Shown here piece after piece: positions 10,030 through 18,517 of a DNA stretch of 64,000 nt (its first letter is position 1; each line of letters opens with the position of its first letter). Both the position numbers and the translations under genes were made by a program. The notes below the pieces were generated by a model. It saw only the letters and a program-made list of their open reading frames with translations. It ran no database searches and was not told where the DNA came from. The DNA is from Myxococcales bacterium (GTDB lineage: Bacteria > Myxococcota > Myxococcia > Myxococcales > JAJYLH01). The stretch lies in contig JAJYLH010000013.1 in NCBI GenBank assembly GCA_021787845.1, positions 32,595 through 96,594 on the forward strand, read 5' to 3'.

Positions 10030-10316
10030 CGCTTCTTCCTCCAGCCGGTCACGACCCGCAAGACCGTCTCGCTCCGAAACGCGATGACGAGACAGATTCT
10101 TGGTGTCTCCACGTGATAGCGCCACTCGCCGTGTTCCCATTCCGGTTCGCGAACGACCCCTCCGCGCAGCACGTTGACCGCATCGAGCACCTCGAGGCCG
10201 TCCCTCCTCAGCTCGGCGAGCGCGTGATCGCTCCAGCGAACGCCACCGTTTTCGAGAATCGCCCGTATGAGCGCCTGCGCGCTCGGCGGTTTGAGCGGCT
10301 GATCCCCAGCGCCCAT
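10026..10316 (-). CDS. DUF4258-family (RelE-like) putative toxin
   Basis: WSDHALAELRRDG...WRYHVET...VVTGW pattern; about 96 aa, directly upstream of the MqsA-like gene. Confidence 0.75.
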   Translation of the reverse strand: MGAGDQPLKPPSAQALIRAILENGGVRWSDHALAELRRDGLEVLDAVNVLRGGVVREPEWEHGEWRYHVETPRICLVIAFRSETVLRVVTGWRKKR

Positions 10317-10370
10317 CGCGGACCGAACATAGCCCACGCGCGACAAAAGATCAACTCGATGGCAGTGCCG

Positions 10371-11549
10371 CTAGCTGCTGCTCTTCGGCGCCGGTGCGGC
10401 GGGCTTGATGGGCGCGCTCTTGGCGGAGGCGTCTTCCTGGAGCAGGAGGGTCTTCATCCGATTCAGCTCGACCCGGGTCTCGGCGATGAAGGGGTTCGTC
10501 GCGCCCACCCGCTCGGCCGCGGCCAGCGTCTGCTCGTAGGCGTCGATGGCCTTGTCCACCAGCACCCGGACGCGGCTCTTGAGCTGCTCCCGATACATGT
10601 CCGCCGCCTCGCTGTCCAGGCCCGACGGAAGGCTCGCGTCCACCATCTGCTCGTACATCTTTTCGTAGAGCTCGCCGATGCGAAAGCCGCTCGCGGTCGC
10701 CCACTCCGGATGCCCCAAGCGGATGCAGCGCAGGTAGTGCCCCTGGGCCGACAAGAGCATCTGCGCCTTGTACTCCAGGTCGTCGAGGAGCTCTTCCTTC
10801 GTCGATTTCGCCGGATCGAGCTTCGCGTCGAGAAAATGCTGCCGATAGATCTCCGCGACATAGAACTCCGCCTGGCTCGGGAGGTACTCGTCGCTCACCT
10901 CGTCGGCGAGGTTCTGCTGGATGAACGCCAGGGTCTTGGTCAGGAGCGCTTCCGAGTCGTCCAGCTTGCCCTCGCTGAACAGCACGATGCCGCGCTTGAC
11001 GTTCGCTTGCGCCTGTTCGAGCGCGCTGACCGCCGGGTCGCGCCCCAGCTCCTCGAGCACCTGCGCCGCCGCCTCGTTCTCGTCGAGGAAGTAGTAGGCG
11101 TCCGCCAACCGGAACCGCGCCTCGATGCCCGGCGCGGTTTCCGGTCCGTCGGCCTGCACCGCCTCGGTGAACCGCTCGACCGCGCCGGCGAAATCGCGGA
11201 GCTGCTCGAGAGCGATGCCAGCCTGATACAGCGCTTGCGGCCGGTGCTCGGACTTGGGAAAGAAGTCGGCGATGCGCTCGAAATAGGTGACCGCGTCCAG
11301 GTAGTCGTCACGGCCGAGCGCCGCGGTGCCATAGGCGAACAGCTCCTCGTCGTTGAGCGAGGTCAGCGCCATCCCTTGCGGCGTGCTCTTGATGGCGATC
11401 GGCGCGAAGGCGATTTTCCGGCCGGGCGCGGTGAGGGCAGGAGCGGTCGTGCCGAGCCTGTGAGGCGGCGTCACCTCGGGCGCCGGCACGCGATGAACGC
11501 ACGCGGCGATGAGCACAGCGGGGGCGAGAAGCGCGAGGCGTCGGGTCAT
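10371..11549 (-). CDS. TPR-repeat lipoprotein
   Basis: MTRRLALLAPAVLIAAC lipobox with AAGGA RBS; TPR-like helices (ALYQAGIALEQLRDFAGAVERF, ARFRLADAYY). Confidence 0.8.
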   Translation of the reverse strand: MTRRLALLAPAVLIAACVHRVPAPEVTPPHRLGTTAPALTAPGRKIAFAPIAIKSTPQGMALTSLNDEELFAYGTAALGRDDYLDAVTYFERIADFFPKSEHRPQALYQAGIALEQLRDFAGAVERFTEAVQADGPETAPGIEARFRLADAYYFLDENEAAAQVLEELGRDPAVSALEQAQANVKRGIVLFSEGKLDDSEALLTKTLAFIQQNLADEVSDEYLPSQAEFYVAEIYRQHFLDAKLDPAKSTKEELLDDLEYKAQMLLSAQGHYLRCIRLGHPEWATASGFRIGELYEKMYEQMVDASLPSGLDSEAADMYREQLKSRVRVLVDKAIDAYEQTLAAAERVGATNPFIAETRVELNRMKTLLLQEDASAKSAPIKPAAPAPKSSS

Positions 11550-11664
11550 GGGCATCCTTCGCGAGGCCAGGCCGGCGACCCGCCGACCTCGCCTTGAGAC
11601 GGTCGAGCGTGCCCGAAAGTTCCCGCGAAAGGAAGTCGCCTTTCGATGCGCCGGCCGACCATCC

Positions 11665-11696
11665 GATGGGCTTCGCTCGCGCTCCGCCCATCCTAC
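11665..11696. repeat. GTAG-type REP-like unit
   Basis: gatgggcttcgctcgcgctccgcccatcctac; its GTAG supplies the stop codon of the GH15 gene. Confidence 0.75.
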
Positions 11697-13513
11697 GTTC
11701 GGGTTTTTCGCGCGCGCTGCCTGGTCTCGCGGTGCCGGTCGTGCGCCGGCCCGCGGCCGCTCAGGTTCGCCGCGGTGTTGATGAGCCCGACGTGCGAGAA
11801 CGCCTGCGGAAAGTTCCCGAGCATCCGCCGCGCCGTCGGGTCGTACTCCTCCGCGAGCAGCCCGACGTCGTTCGCGAGCCCGCGCAGCTTGTCGAAGAGC
11901 TCTTCCGCTTCCGCACAGCGGCCGATCAGGCACAGGTTGTCGGCGTACCAGAACGAGCAGGCGAGGAACGCGCCCTCTCCCTCGGGAAGCCCGTCGGCGC
12001 CGTTCGGGCTCGTGGTGTAGCGCCGGATGAAACCGCTCCAGGACAGCTCGCGGCCGATGGCCTCCGTGGTCTGGGCGACGCGCGGGTCCGACGGCGGCAG
12101 GAAGCCGACGAGCGGCATCAGGAGCACGCTCGCGTCCAGCTCCTTCGACCCGTACGCCTGGGTGAACGTCCGGCGCTCCGAGTCCCACGCCTTCTCGCAG
12201 ACCTCGCGATGAATCTCGCCGGCGATCGCCCGCCACCGATCCGCCGGGCCTTCGAGCTGGAACGACTCGACGTCCTGCACCGCGCGATCGAAGGCGACCC
12301 AGGCCATCACCTTCGAGTGCGTGAAGTGCCGCCGCGGCCCCCGGACCTCCCAGATGCCCTCGTCCGGCTTGCTCCAGCTCGACTCGAGGAAGTCGAGGAG
12401 CTTGCGCTGCAGCGACCAGCCGTCTTCCTCGTGGTCCAGGTCGGCGCGCCGCGCCTGGTGGAGCGCGTCGATCACCTCGCCGTAGACGTCGAGCTGCCGC
12501 TGATCGACAGCGGCGTTGCCTATCCGCACCGGTTTCGAACCCTCGTAGCCCGCGAGCCACGGGATTTCCCACTCCGGAAGCCGGCGCTCGCCCCCGGCGC
12601 CGTACATGATCTGCAGCTTGGCCGGGTCGCCCGCGACCGCGCGCAAGAGCCAGTCGCGCCAGGCGACGGCCTCCTCGGTGAACCCGCCCTGCATCAACGC
12701 GAGCAGCGTGAACGTCGCGTCGCGCAGCCACGTGTACCGGTAGTCCCAGTTGCGCACGCCGCCCAGCTGCTCCGGGAGCGAGGTGGTCGCGGCCGCGACG
12801 ATGCCACCCGTCGGCGCGTACGTCAGCGCCTTGAGCGTCACCAGCGACCGGTGCACCTCGTTCTTCCAGCGGCCGCGGTAGGTGCAAGGCGAGAACCACT
12901 GGCGCCACCAGCGGATGGAATCCTCGAGCGCGTTCGGCACCGGGCCCATCTCCATCGGCGGCAGGTGCGAGGCGTGCCACGAGAGGCGGAAGGGCACCCG
13001 GTCCTTGGGGCCGACACGGAAGGTCGCCCGATGCCGGAAATCCTGGCCGACGAGGCGGACCGGCGTCCGCAGGCTGAACGCATCGGGCCCGGCGATCATC
13101 TCGACCAGGTCGCCGAGCCGGCGCACCCAGGGCAGAAACGAGCCGTAGTCCGGCCGGACGACGAGCTCGACGCGCATCTCGACCGCGCCCTCGACGCCTT
13201 CGACGAGACGCGCGACGTCGGGCACCTTGTCCCTGGGCGGCATGAAGTCGTAGAGGCGGACCTTGCCCTCGTCGGTCTCGAACTCGGTTTCGAGGACCAG
13301 GGTCTCGGGCAGGTAGCGGCGCCGCACCTGCTTGACGGGAGCGGTCGGGGCGATGAGCCAGCGGCCGTTTCCCTCGTCGCCCAGGAGCGCCGCGAAGATG
13401 GCGCCCGAGTCGAACCGCGGCAGGCACATCCAGTCGATGGACCCGTCCTTGCCGACGAGCGCCGCCGTCTGCGTGTCGCCGATGAGCGCGTAGTCCTCGA
13501 TGCGTCGCGCCAT
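11693..13513 (-). CDS. Glycoside hydrolase family 15 (trehalase/glucoamylase-like)
   Basis: IEDYALIGD, GIVAAATTSLPE..GG.RNWDYRYTWLRDA, DEGIWEVRG, LLAEEYD, GNFPQAFSH motifs; GAGGTG RBS. Confidence 0.93.
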   Translation of the reverse strand: MARRIEDYALIGDTQTAALVGKDGSIDWMCLPRFDSGAIFAALLGDEGNGRWLIAPTAPVKQVRRRYLPETLVLETEFETDEGKVRLYDFMPPRDKVPDVARLVEGVEGAVEMRVELVVRPDYGSFLPWVRRLGDLVEMIAGPDAFSLRTPVRLVGQDFRHRATFRVGPKDRVPFRLSWHASHLPPMEMGPVPNALEDSIRWWRQWFSPCTYRGRWKNEVHRSLVTLKALTYAPTGGIVAAATTSLPEQLGGVRNWDYRYTWLRDATFTLLALMQGGFTEEAVAWRDWLLRAVAGDPAKLQIMYGAGGERRLPEWEIPWLAGYEGSKPVRIGNAAVDQRQLDVYGEVIDALHQARRADLDHEEDGWSLQRKLLDFLESSWSKPDEGIWEVRGPRRHFTHSKVMAWVAFDRAVQDVESFQLEGPADRWRAIAGEIHREVCEKAWDSERRTFTQAYGSKELDASVLLMPLVGFLPPSDPRVAQTTEAIGRELSWSGFIRRYTTSPNGADGLPEGEGAFLACSFWYADNLCLIGRCAEAEELFDKLRGLANDVGLLAEEYDPTARRMLGNFPQAFSHVGLINTAANLSGRGPAHDRHRETRQRARKTRT

Positions 13514-13627
13514 GAGCACCTCGGGCGGCCTGAGGGCCGTCGCGTCCGCGACAGGGTAGGACGCGCCGCGCACGCGCGCATGGGATTTCGAGCCATGCCT
13601 AGCCGGTTGACCCCACCAGCGACTCGC

Positions 13628-13772
13628 TATTAATCGTTGCGAAAGTAGTTGCAGTCGGGGTCTCGTGGCACAGGCGTCCTCGCCTGTGAAAACCACAACG
13701 AAGGCTACACGGGCGGGACGCCCGTGCCACGACTGATGATGCGAGGTGCAGATACTTTCGCAACGATTAATA
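13628..13772. mobile_element. MITE-like element with perfect 20-bp terminal inverted repeats and an internal REP-like pair
   Basis: tattaatcgttgcgaaagta (13628-13647) / tactttcgcaacgattaata (13753-13772); inner cgtggcacaggcgtcctcgcc...gggacgcccgtgccacg. Confidence 0.7.
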
Positions 13773-13805
13773 ACTCGATGGTCAGGGCCGCTGGCCCGCG
13801 AGGAG

Positions 13806-13841
13806 GTCGGATGGGTGGAGCGAAAGCGCAGCCCATCCTAC
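13806..13841. repeat. GTAG-type REP-like unit
   Basis: gtcggatgggtggagcgaaagcgcagcccatcctac. Confidence 0.7.
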
Positions 13842-13871
13842 CGCTTGCGGGAGAGGGGTTGGGACGACGTT

Positions 13872-15023
13872 TCAACCCCCACCGTGCTCGTGCATCGCCT
13901 CGAGGACCTGCCACAGCCCGGCGAGATCGTGCACGTCGCGCGCCAGCCGCGGTACGACGTGGAGAGCGAAAGCGCCTCCGGTGGCCTCGTGGAACCGCTC
14001 GATCTCGCGCTCGTCTCGCTGGGCGAGGACGGACAGCTCGGTGACGGTGGTCTCCAGCCGCTCGGAGAGGAACGGACGACCGTCGTTGGGCACCCGTTCG
14101 TGCGCGAGCGCCCGGGCGATGTCGGGGGCATCGGTCGCTCCCGGCTGCCAGAGCGGGTTTTCGTGGACGCGGTTGACGATGCCCGCCGCGACGTGAATCT
14201 CCGACCGCTTGAGCTCGTGCGCGAAGAACACCGCCTCGTCGACGGTCAGCGGGTTCGGGCTCGTCACGAGAACGAACGCGCTCTTCTCGCCACTCAGGAG
14301 CGCTTTCGTTGCCTTCGCCCGTTCGTGGAAGCCGTCGTACATGCCCTGGAAGGCGACGAAGAACTCCGCGAGCGACTGCAAGAGCTCGACACCGGTGAAG
14401 CGCGCGAGCGTCTTCAGGATGTACGAGCTCCCGAGGTGCACGAGCGAGAGCCCGACGCGGCCCGCTCCGAGCGCGCCCCCGAGAAGCCAGCGCGCGGCGT
14501 CGTGGGAGAAGAGGTCGAGCAGGCGGTTCGGCGCGTCGAGGAAGTCCAGGGCGTGGGCGGTCGGCGGCGTGTCGAGGACCACGAGGTCGTAGCCTCCGGC
14601 GCGCTCGAGCTCGTAGACCTTCTCCATCGCCATGTATTCGAGCGACCCCGCGAGGCCGGTCGACAGAGCCTGGTAGAGCCGGTTGTGGAGGATGGTCTCC
14701 CGCCGCTCGGCGCTCGGCGCGTAGCGCTCGATGAGGTCGTCCCAGGTGCGCCGCAGGTCGAGGGTCATCGCCCACAGCTCGCCGCTCGGCTTCAATCCGG
14801 CGGCCGCGAACCGCTCCTCGCCGATGCGCGTCTCGACGTTGCCGAGGGTCGGAAGCCCGAGCGAGTTCGCGAGCCGCCGCGCGGGGTCGATGGTCAGGAC
14901 CAGCGCCTTGCGCCCGTTCATCGCCGCGCGCAGGGCGAGCGCCGCCGAGACGGTGGTCTTCCCCACGCCGCCACTTCCGACGCAGACCACCACCCGCCGC
15001 GATTCCAGCACCTCGCCGAGCAC
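13872..15023 (-). CDS. ArsA/Get3-family ATPase (second of pair)
   Basis: VCVGSGGVGKTT, TIDPARRLA, VVLDTPPT motifs; GTG start overlaps the upstream stop. Confidence 0.9.
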   Translation of the reverse strand: MLGEVLESRRVVVCVGSGGVGKTTVSAALALRAAMNGRKALVLTIDPARRLANSLGLPTLGNVETRIGEERFAAAGLKPSGELWAMTLDLRRTWDDLIERYAPSAERRETILHNRLYQALSTGLAGSLEYMAMEKVYELERAGGYDLVVLDTPPTAHALDFLDAPNRLLDLFSHDAARWLLGGALGAGRVGLSLVHLGSSYILKTLARFTGVELLQSLAEFFVAFQGMYDGFHERAKATKALLSGEKSAFVLVTSPNPLTVDEAVFFAHELKRSEIHVAAGIVNRVHENPLWQPGATDAPDIARALAHERVPNDGRPFLSERLETTVTELSVLAQRDEREIERFHEATGGAFALHVVPRLARDVHDLAGLWQVLEAMHEHGGG

Positions 15024-15937
15024 TAGCCCTCCCGGCCCACGATTTCGGCGATGCGCTCGACGGCCGCGCGCCCGAACTCCTTCGCCGCGAGATACGGAAT
15101 CAAGGTCATCGGCAGCTCGATCTCCCGCCTGAGCCGCGCCTCGTAGTGCGCCGACAGGTCCTGCCGCTCGCCCCAGTAGCGCGCCGCGAGCCGCGAAGGA
15201 CCGAGCGCCCCGTCGTCCGTCGAGGCCAGGGTCTGGCGCTCGTCGGCGGAAAAGCGCCGCTCGAAGTGGTGGTTCAGGAAGAGCCTCCCTTCCGGCAACT
15301 GCATCTCGACGATCGCCTGGTGCAGGTCGACCGCCTCGTTGACCGGCATCTCCTCGGGCATCGTCACCACGTGAATCGCGGTCAGCGCGGGGTCGGTGAG
15401 CATCGCCTGCATCCGCTTCATGTCGCGGACCATCGGGCCCTCGCTGACGAGCTCGAGAATCGTCCGCGGCGTGCGCAGGAACGAGATTCCGTGGCCAGTC
15501 GCCGGCGCGTCGAGGATGACCGCATCCCAGCGGGGCTTCCCCTCCTCGTCCTGCTCCTTGACGACGTGCCACCACACCTTCCCCAGCTCGACGATTTCCG
15601 GGAGCGAGGGCACCGCGCGCAGGAAGTAGCGGACGAGGCGGTTCTCGAAGACGGCGTTGTAGATGGCCCGGAAGCGCACGACCATCAGCGCGTACTCCCG
15701 CATCGCTTCCGCTGGGCGTACGTGCACGCTCCAGATCGACTCGTCGATCCGCTTGACCTCGGGGCCGCAGTCGGGAGCGCCGAGGAGGCTCGCGACCCGC
15801 TCCTTGGCGGTCACCTCGCAGACGAGGACGCGCTTTTTCTCGCGTTGCGCGGCGAGCGCCAGCGCGGCGGTGACGGTGCTCTTTCCGACGCCGCCCTTGC
15901 CGGTCACGATGTGGAGGCGTCGCGAGGACCAGACCAT
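15023..15937 (-). CDS. ArsA/Get3-family ATPase (first of pair)
   Basis: VTGKGGVGKS, ILDAPATGH, VTMPEEMPVNE motifs. Confidence 0.9.
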   Translation of the reverse strand: MVWSSRRLHIVTGKGGVGKSTVTAALALAAQREKKRVLVCEVTAKERVASLLGAPDCGPEVKRIDESIWSVHVRPAEAMREYALMVVRFRAIYNAVFENRLVRYFLRAVPSLPEIVELGKVWWHVVKEQDEEGKPRWDAVILDAPATGHGISFLRTPRTILELVSEGPMVRDMKRMQAMLTDPALTAIHVVTMPEEMPVNEAVDLHQAIVEMQLPEGRLFLNHHFERRFSADERQTLASTDDGALGPSRLAARYWGERQDLSAHYEARLRREIELPMTLIPYLAAKEFGRAAVERIAEIVGREG

Positions 15938-16169
15938 CGACGGCGACTCTTACCGTGGCGCGCCGCGCCGAGCAAGAAAGCTTGCGAAGGATGGACGACC
16001 GAGGTTGCGCGGACGGTCGAGCTGCCTGCGGACTCGAGCTGAGGTGCGCGTGCAACCATCTCAGGTCTTGCCGCCAGCGCGAGCCTGGCGTCGGGCCAGG
16101 AGCCGAACACCACCGTTTTCGAGGTAGCGATCCGGAACTCCGCCCGGCGGGTCCGAGAGCTGGTCGCCG

Positions 16170-16310
16170 ACGCCCGTCGGCTTCGACGTGGGGCTCGCCG
16201 CGGGTGCATACCCAAGCCGGTAGCGCATCTCAATGGACGTGGTAGCCGTGACGGTCGACGCTGAACGGCGCGTGCGATTTCTTCATGGCTCCGCGGCAGT
16301 AGAGGCATCC
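16170..16310 (-). pseudogene. Decayed YgiT-type zinc-finger antitoxin gene
   Basis: Manual translation gives CLYCRGAMKKSHAPFSVDRHGYHVH*DALPAWVCT-RGEP, with an in-frame TGA and a lost second Cys. Confidence 0.6.
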
Positions 16311-16320
16311 AGGTCATCTA

Positions 16321-16477
16321 CTTATCGGGTTGATGCAAGTCGACCTGAGCGACCCAGAGCGCCGCTCCCTCACGGTCGCGGTACGGAATCCAGATGTCGC
16401 ACGTTGCAGCCTGATCCGTACCGCGACCGTGAGGGAGCGGCGCGCCAACGTGGTGGCACCTGCGTCGACCCGATAAG
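16321..16477. repeat. Nested inverted repeat (perfect 29-bp inner, imperfect 20-bp outer)
   Basis: gcgccgctccctcacggtcgcggtacgga (16359-16387) / exact reverse complement (16415-16443); outer cttatcgggttgatgcaagt / acctgcgtcgacccgataag. Confidence 0.8.
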
Positions 16478-16604
16478 CGGTGTGATGGTCGGATACTTAC
16501 AGTACTTTCGGAAGATCGGAACGAACGCTCGACCCGATCTCGACGACTGCGCCGGCTTGGGCCGGGTCAACGTCTCTCTCGAAGCGTGCTCCGAGCGTCC
16601 CGGT

Positions 16605-17165
16605 CTACGCGCGCTCGAGGGCGGCGAGGATGTCGTGCCGCAAGGTTTGCTTGGTGGGGAGGGTGAGCAGCGTATGGATGACGAAGACCAACGCCGGGAC
16701 GGCGTCGATGGCGACCCAGGGGTGCTCGGCGAACGTCCCTCCAAGTCCGCCGAGCAGGCAGACTGCAAGGCCCATGAGCGCCACGCCTTCGCGCAGTGCC
16801 CAGCCCACGAGGAGCCCCGACCGTCGGACGCCGAGCGCGGATCGGACACCGTTCTCGCTGGCCAGACGCACCTTGGCCGGGCTCGCTACGACGCCGGAAA
16901 GGACGAAGGAGAGCGGCCAAGCCAGAGCGAAGAGCACAGCGGTGAGGGCACTCAACAGGATGAGCAGCTTCGGGTCGAAGGGGACCGAACCGCCAGAGTT
17001 CGAGGCCAGGTAGCCGGGGTTCGCGACCAGGAACAAGTCCATCAGGCCGAAAAGCGTTAGCCCGATGCAGAGCGAGATGCAGAGCGAGATGGCAATCAAC
17101 CGGGTGGTACGGACCTCCTCGGGCGGCAGCGACTGGAGGTCTCGCTCGAGCTCTTCGGCAGTCAT
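16605..17165 (-). CDS. Hypothetical membrane protein
   Basis: GAGGAG RBS; four hydrophobic segments. Confidence 0.7.
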   Translation of the reverse strand: MTAEELERDLQSLPPEEVRTTRLIAISLCISLCIGLTLFGLMDLFLVANPGYLASNSGGSVPFDPKLLILLSALTAVLFALAWPLSFVLSGVVASPAKVRLASENGVRSALGVRRSGLLVGWALREGVALMGLAVCLLGGLGGTFAEHPWVAIDAVPALVFVIHTLLTLPTKQTLRHDILAALERA

Positions 17166-17442
17166 GGGCTCCTCGGGGAAGACGACGGGCGGACGCTAGA
17201 CCTGGCGCTTCGGCTTTGTCAAGCACCGGGGTTTCGCGATCATCTGCACATCCGGCTGGTCCCACCGACGGCTCACAACCCGGTGGTCGCGAGCCGTTGG
17301 CCCGACGCCCGCGCCCGTCTGCTAGACGCCGTGTCCCGCCTGCCCGGCGGGCGAACGGCTCGGGTATCCCCGCGGGAAACCGCGCGGTTCATCGCCCGGA
17401 GGGCGGGCATCGCGCGCGGTGGCGACGCCCGCCTGGTTCCGC

Positions 17443-17471
17443 TTGCTTGACAGCCGCGGGTCCAGTAGAGT
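17443..17471 (+). promoter_or_regulatory. Putative sigma70 promoter of the DsbA operon
   Basis: TTGCTT-N17-TAGAGT about 60 bp upstream of the ATG. Confidence 0.4.
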
Positions 17472-17533
17472 GCGCGACCTTTGAGGCGCCTCGCTCCGGG
17501 TGGCCGGACGAAGGCGCAGGTGGACACCTCGGG

Positions 17534-18505
17534 ATGGCGCGGCTTCCAGCGTTCGCAGCAGTGGTGGTTCTCTCGGGCGTGCTCGTCGGCGCGAGCTGCC
17601 GGTCGAAGACGCCCACGGCGCCCGTCGGCGGTGCCGCTCCCCAGCCGGCGGCGGCGCAGGCCGGCCGCCCGCCCGACAGCGGGTTCACTCGGGAGGAGAT
17701 GGCGACGCTCCTCCCCGGCGTCGACACCTCGGCGCTCACCCCGAGCCAGCGCAGCGACCTTAACGACCTCGCGAACGACACCTTCTGCCCGTGCAGCGCG
17801 ATGACCGTCGCCGGCTGCGTGCGGGCGCGCAAGTGCCCGGAAGCGGTGCGCGAGCTCGAGCTGGCGGGGAAGTTCCTCATGGCCGGCGAGGGCGAGGGCA
17901 TCGCGCTGTTGCAGGTCGAGCGCTACTACGGGTCGTTCGCGCGCGACCAACGCAAGGACGTGAAGGCCATCGGCCCGAGCCAGGGCGACCCGAACGCGAA
18001 GGTGACCATCGTCGAGTTCGCCGACTACCAGTGCCCCGCCTGCCGCGAGGCCGAGTCGCAGGTGCCGGAGCTGCTCGAGAAGTACCCGCACGACGTGCGC
18101 TGGGTCTTCCGCAACTTCCCGCTCCCGCAGCACACGCACTCGCTCAAGGCCGCGAGCTGCGCCGAGTGGGCCGCCTCCCAGAGCAACGCCGACTTCTGGA
18201 AGCTCTCGCCGCAGCTCTTCGCGCACCAGGAGGACCTCGACGACGCGAACCTGGTGAAGATCGCCGACTCGGTCGGGCTCAACGGCAAGACGATGCTCGC
18301 CGCCGTCGAGCAGGACCCGAAGTACCTGGCGGAGGTGCAGAAGGACAAGCAGACCGCCATCGACCTGAACCTCGACGGCACGCCCACCTTCTTCATCAAC
18401 GGCCGCAAGCTCGACTTGCCGCCGACTATCGAGATGCTCTCCTGGACCGTCGACGACGAGCTCGACTGGCTCGCCCACGGCGGAAGCTTCTCCTCTTCCA
18501 AGTAG
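17534..18505 (+). CDS. DsbA-family thioredoxin-fold lipoprotein
   Basis: Lipobox GASC; GDPNAKVTIVEFADYQCPAC; RNFPL; GTPTFFING. Confidence 0.9.
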   Translation: MARLPAFAAVVVLSGVLVGASCRSKTPTAPVGGAAPQPAAAQAGRPPDSGFTREEMATLLPGVDTSALTPSQRSDLNDLANDTFCPCSAMTVAGCVRARKCPEAVRELELAGKFLMAGEGEGIALLQVERYYGSFARDQRKDVKAIGPSQGDPNAKVTIVEFADYQCPACREAESQVPELLEKYPHDVRWVFRNFPLPQHTHSLKAASCAEWAASQSNADFWKLSPQLFAHQEDLDDANLVKIADSVGLNGKTMLAAVEQDPKYLAEVQKDKQTAIDLNLDGTPTFFINGRKLDLPPTIEMLSWTVDDELDWLAHGGSFSSSK

Positions 18506-18517
18506 CGAGGACTTTCG

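Noticed and set aside
10371-13427. 1018-aa ORF as a single protein
   Set aside because: The upstream part is an alternative frame over the GH15 gene; the real TPR lipoprotein starts near 11549.
13872-15937. Arsenic resistance operon
   Set aside because: No arsB, acr3, arsC, arsD or arsR nearby.
16229-16234. In-frame TGA as selenocysteine or read-through
   Set aside because: The position fits Trp rather than Cys, and the gene has other lesions.
15960-16300. Structured-looking intergenic stretch as 6S RNA or a riboswitch
   Set aside because: No recognisable consensus; better explained by a decayed zinc-finger gene on the minus strand.
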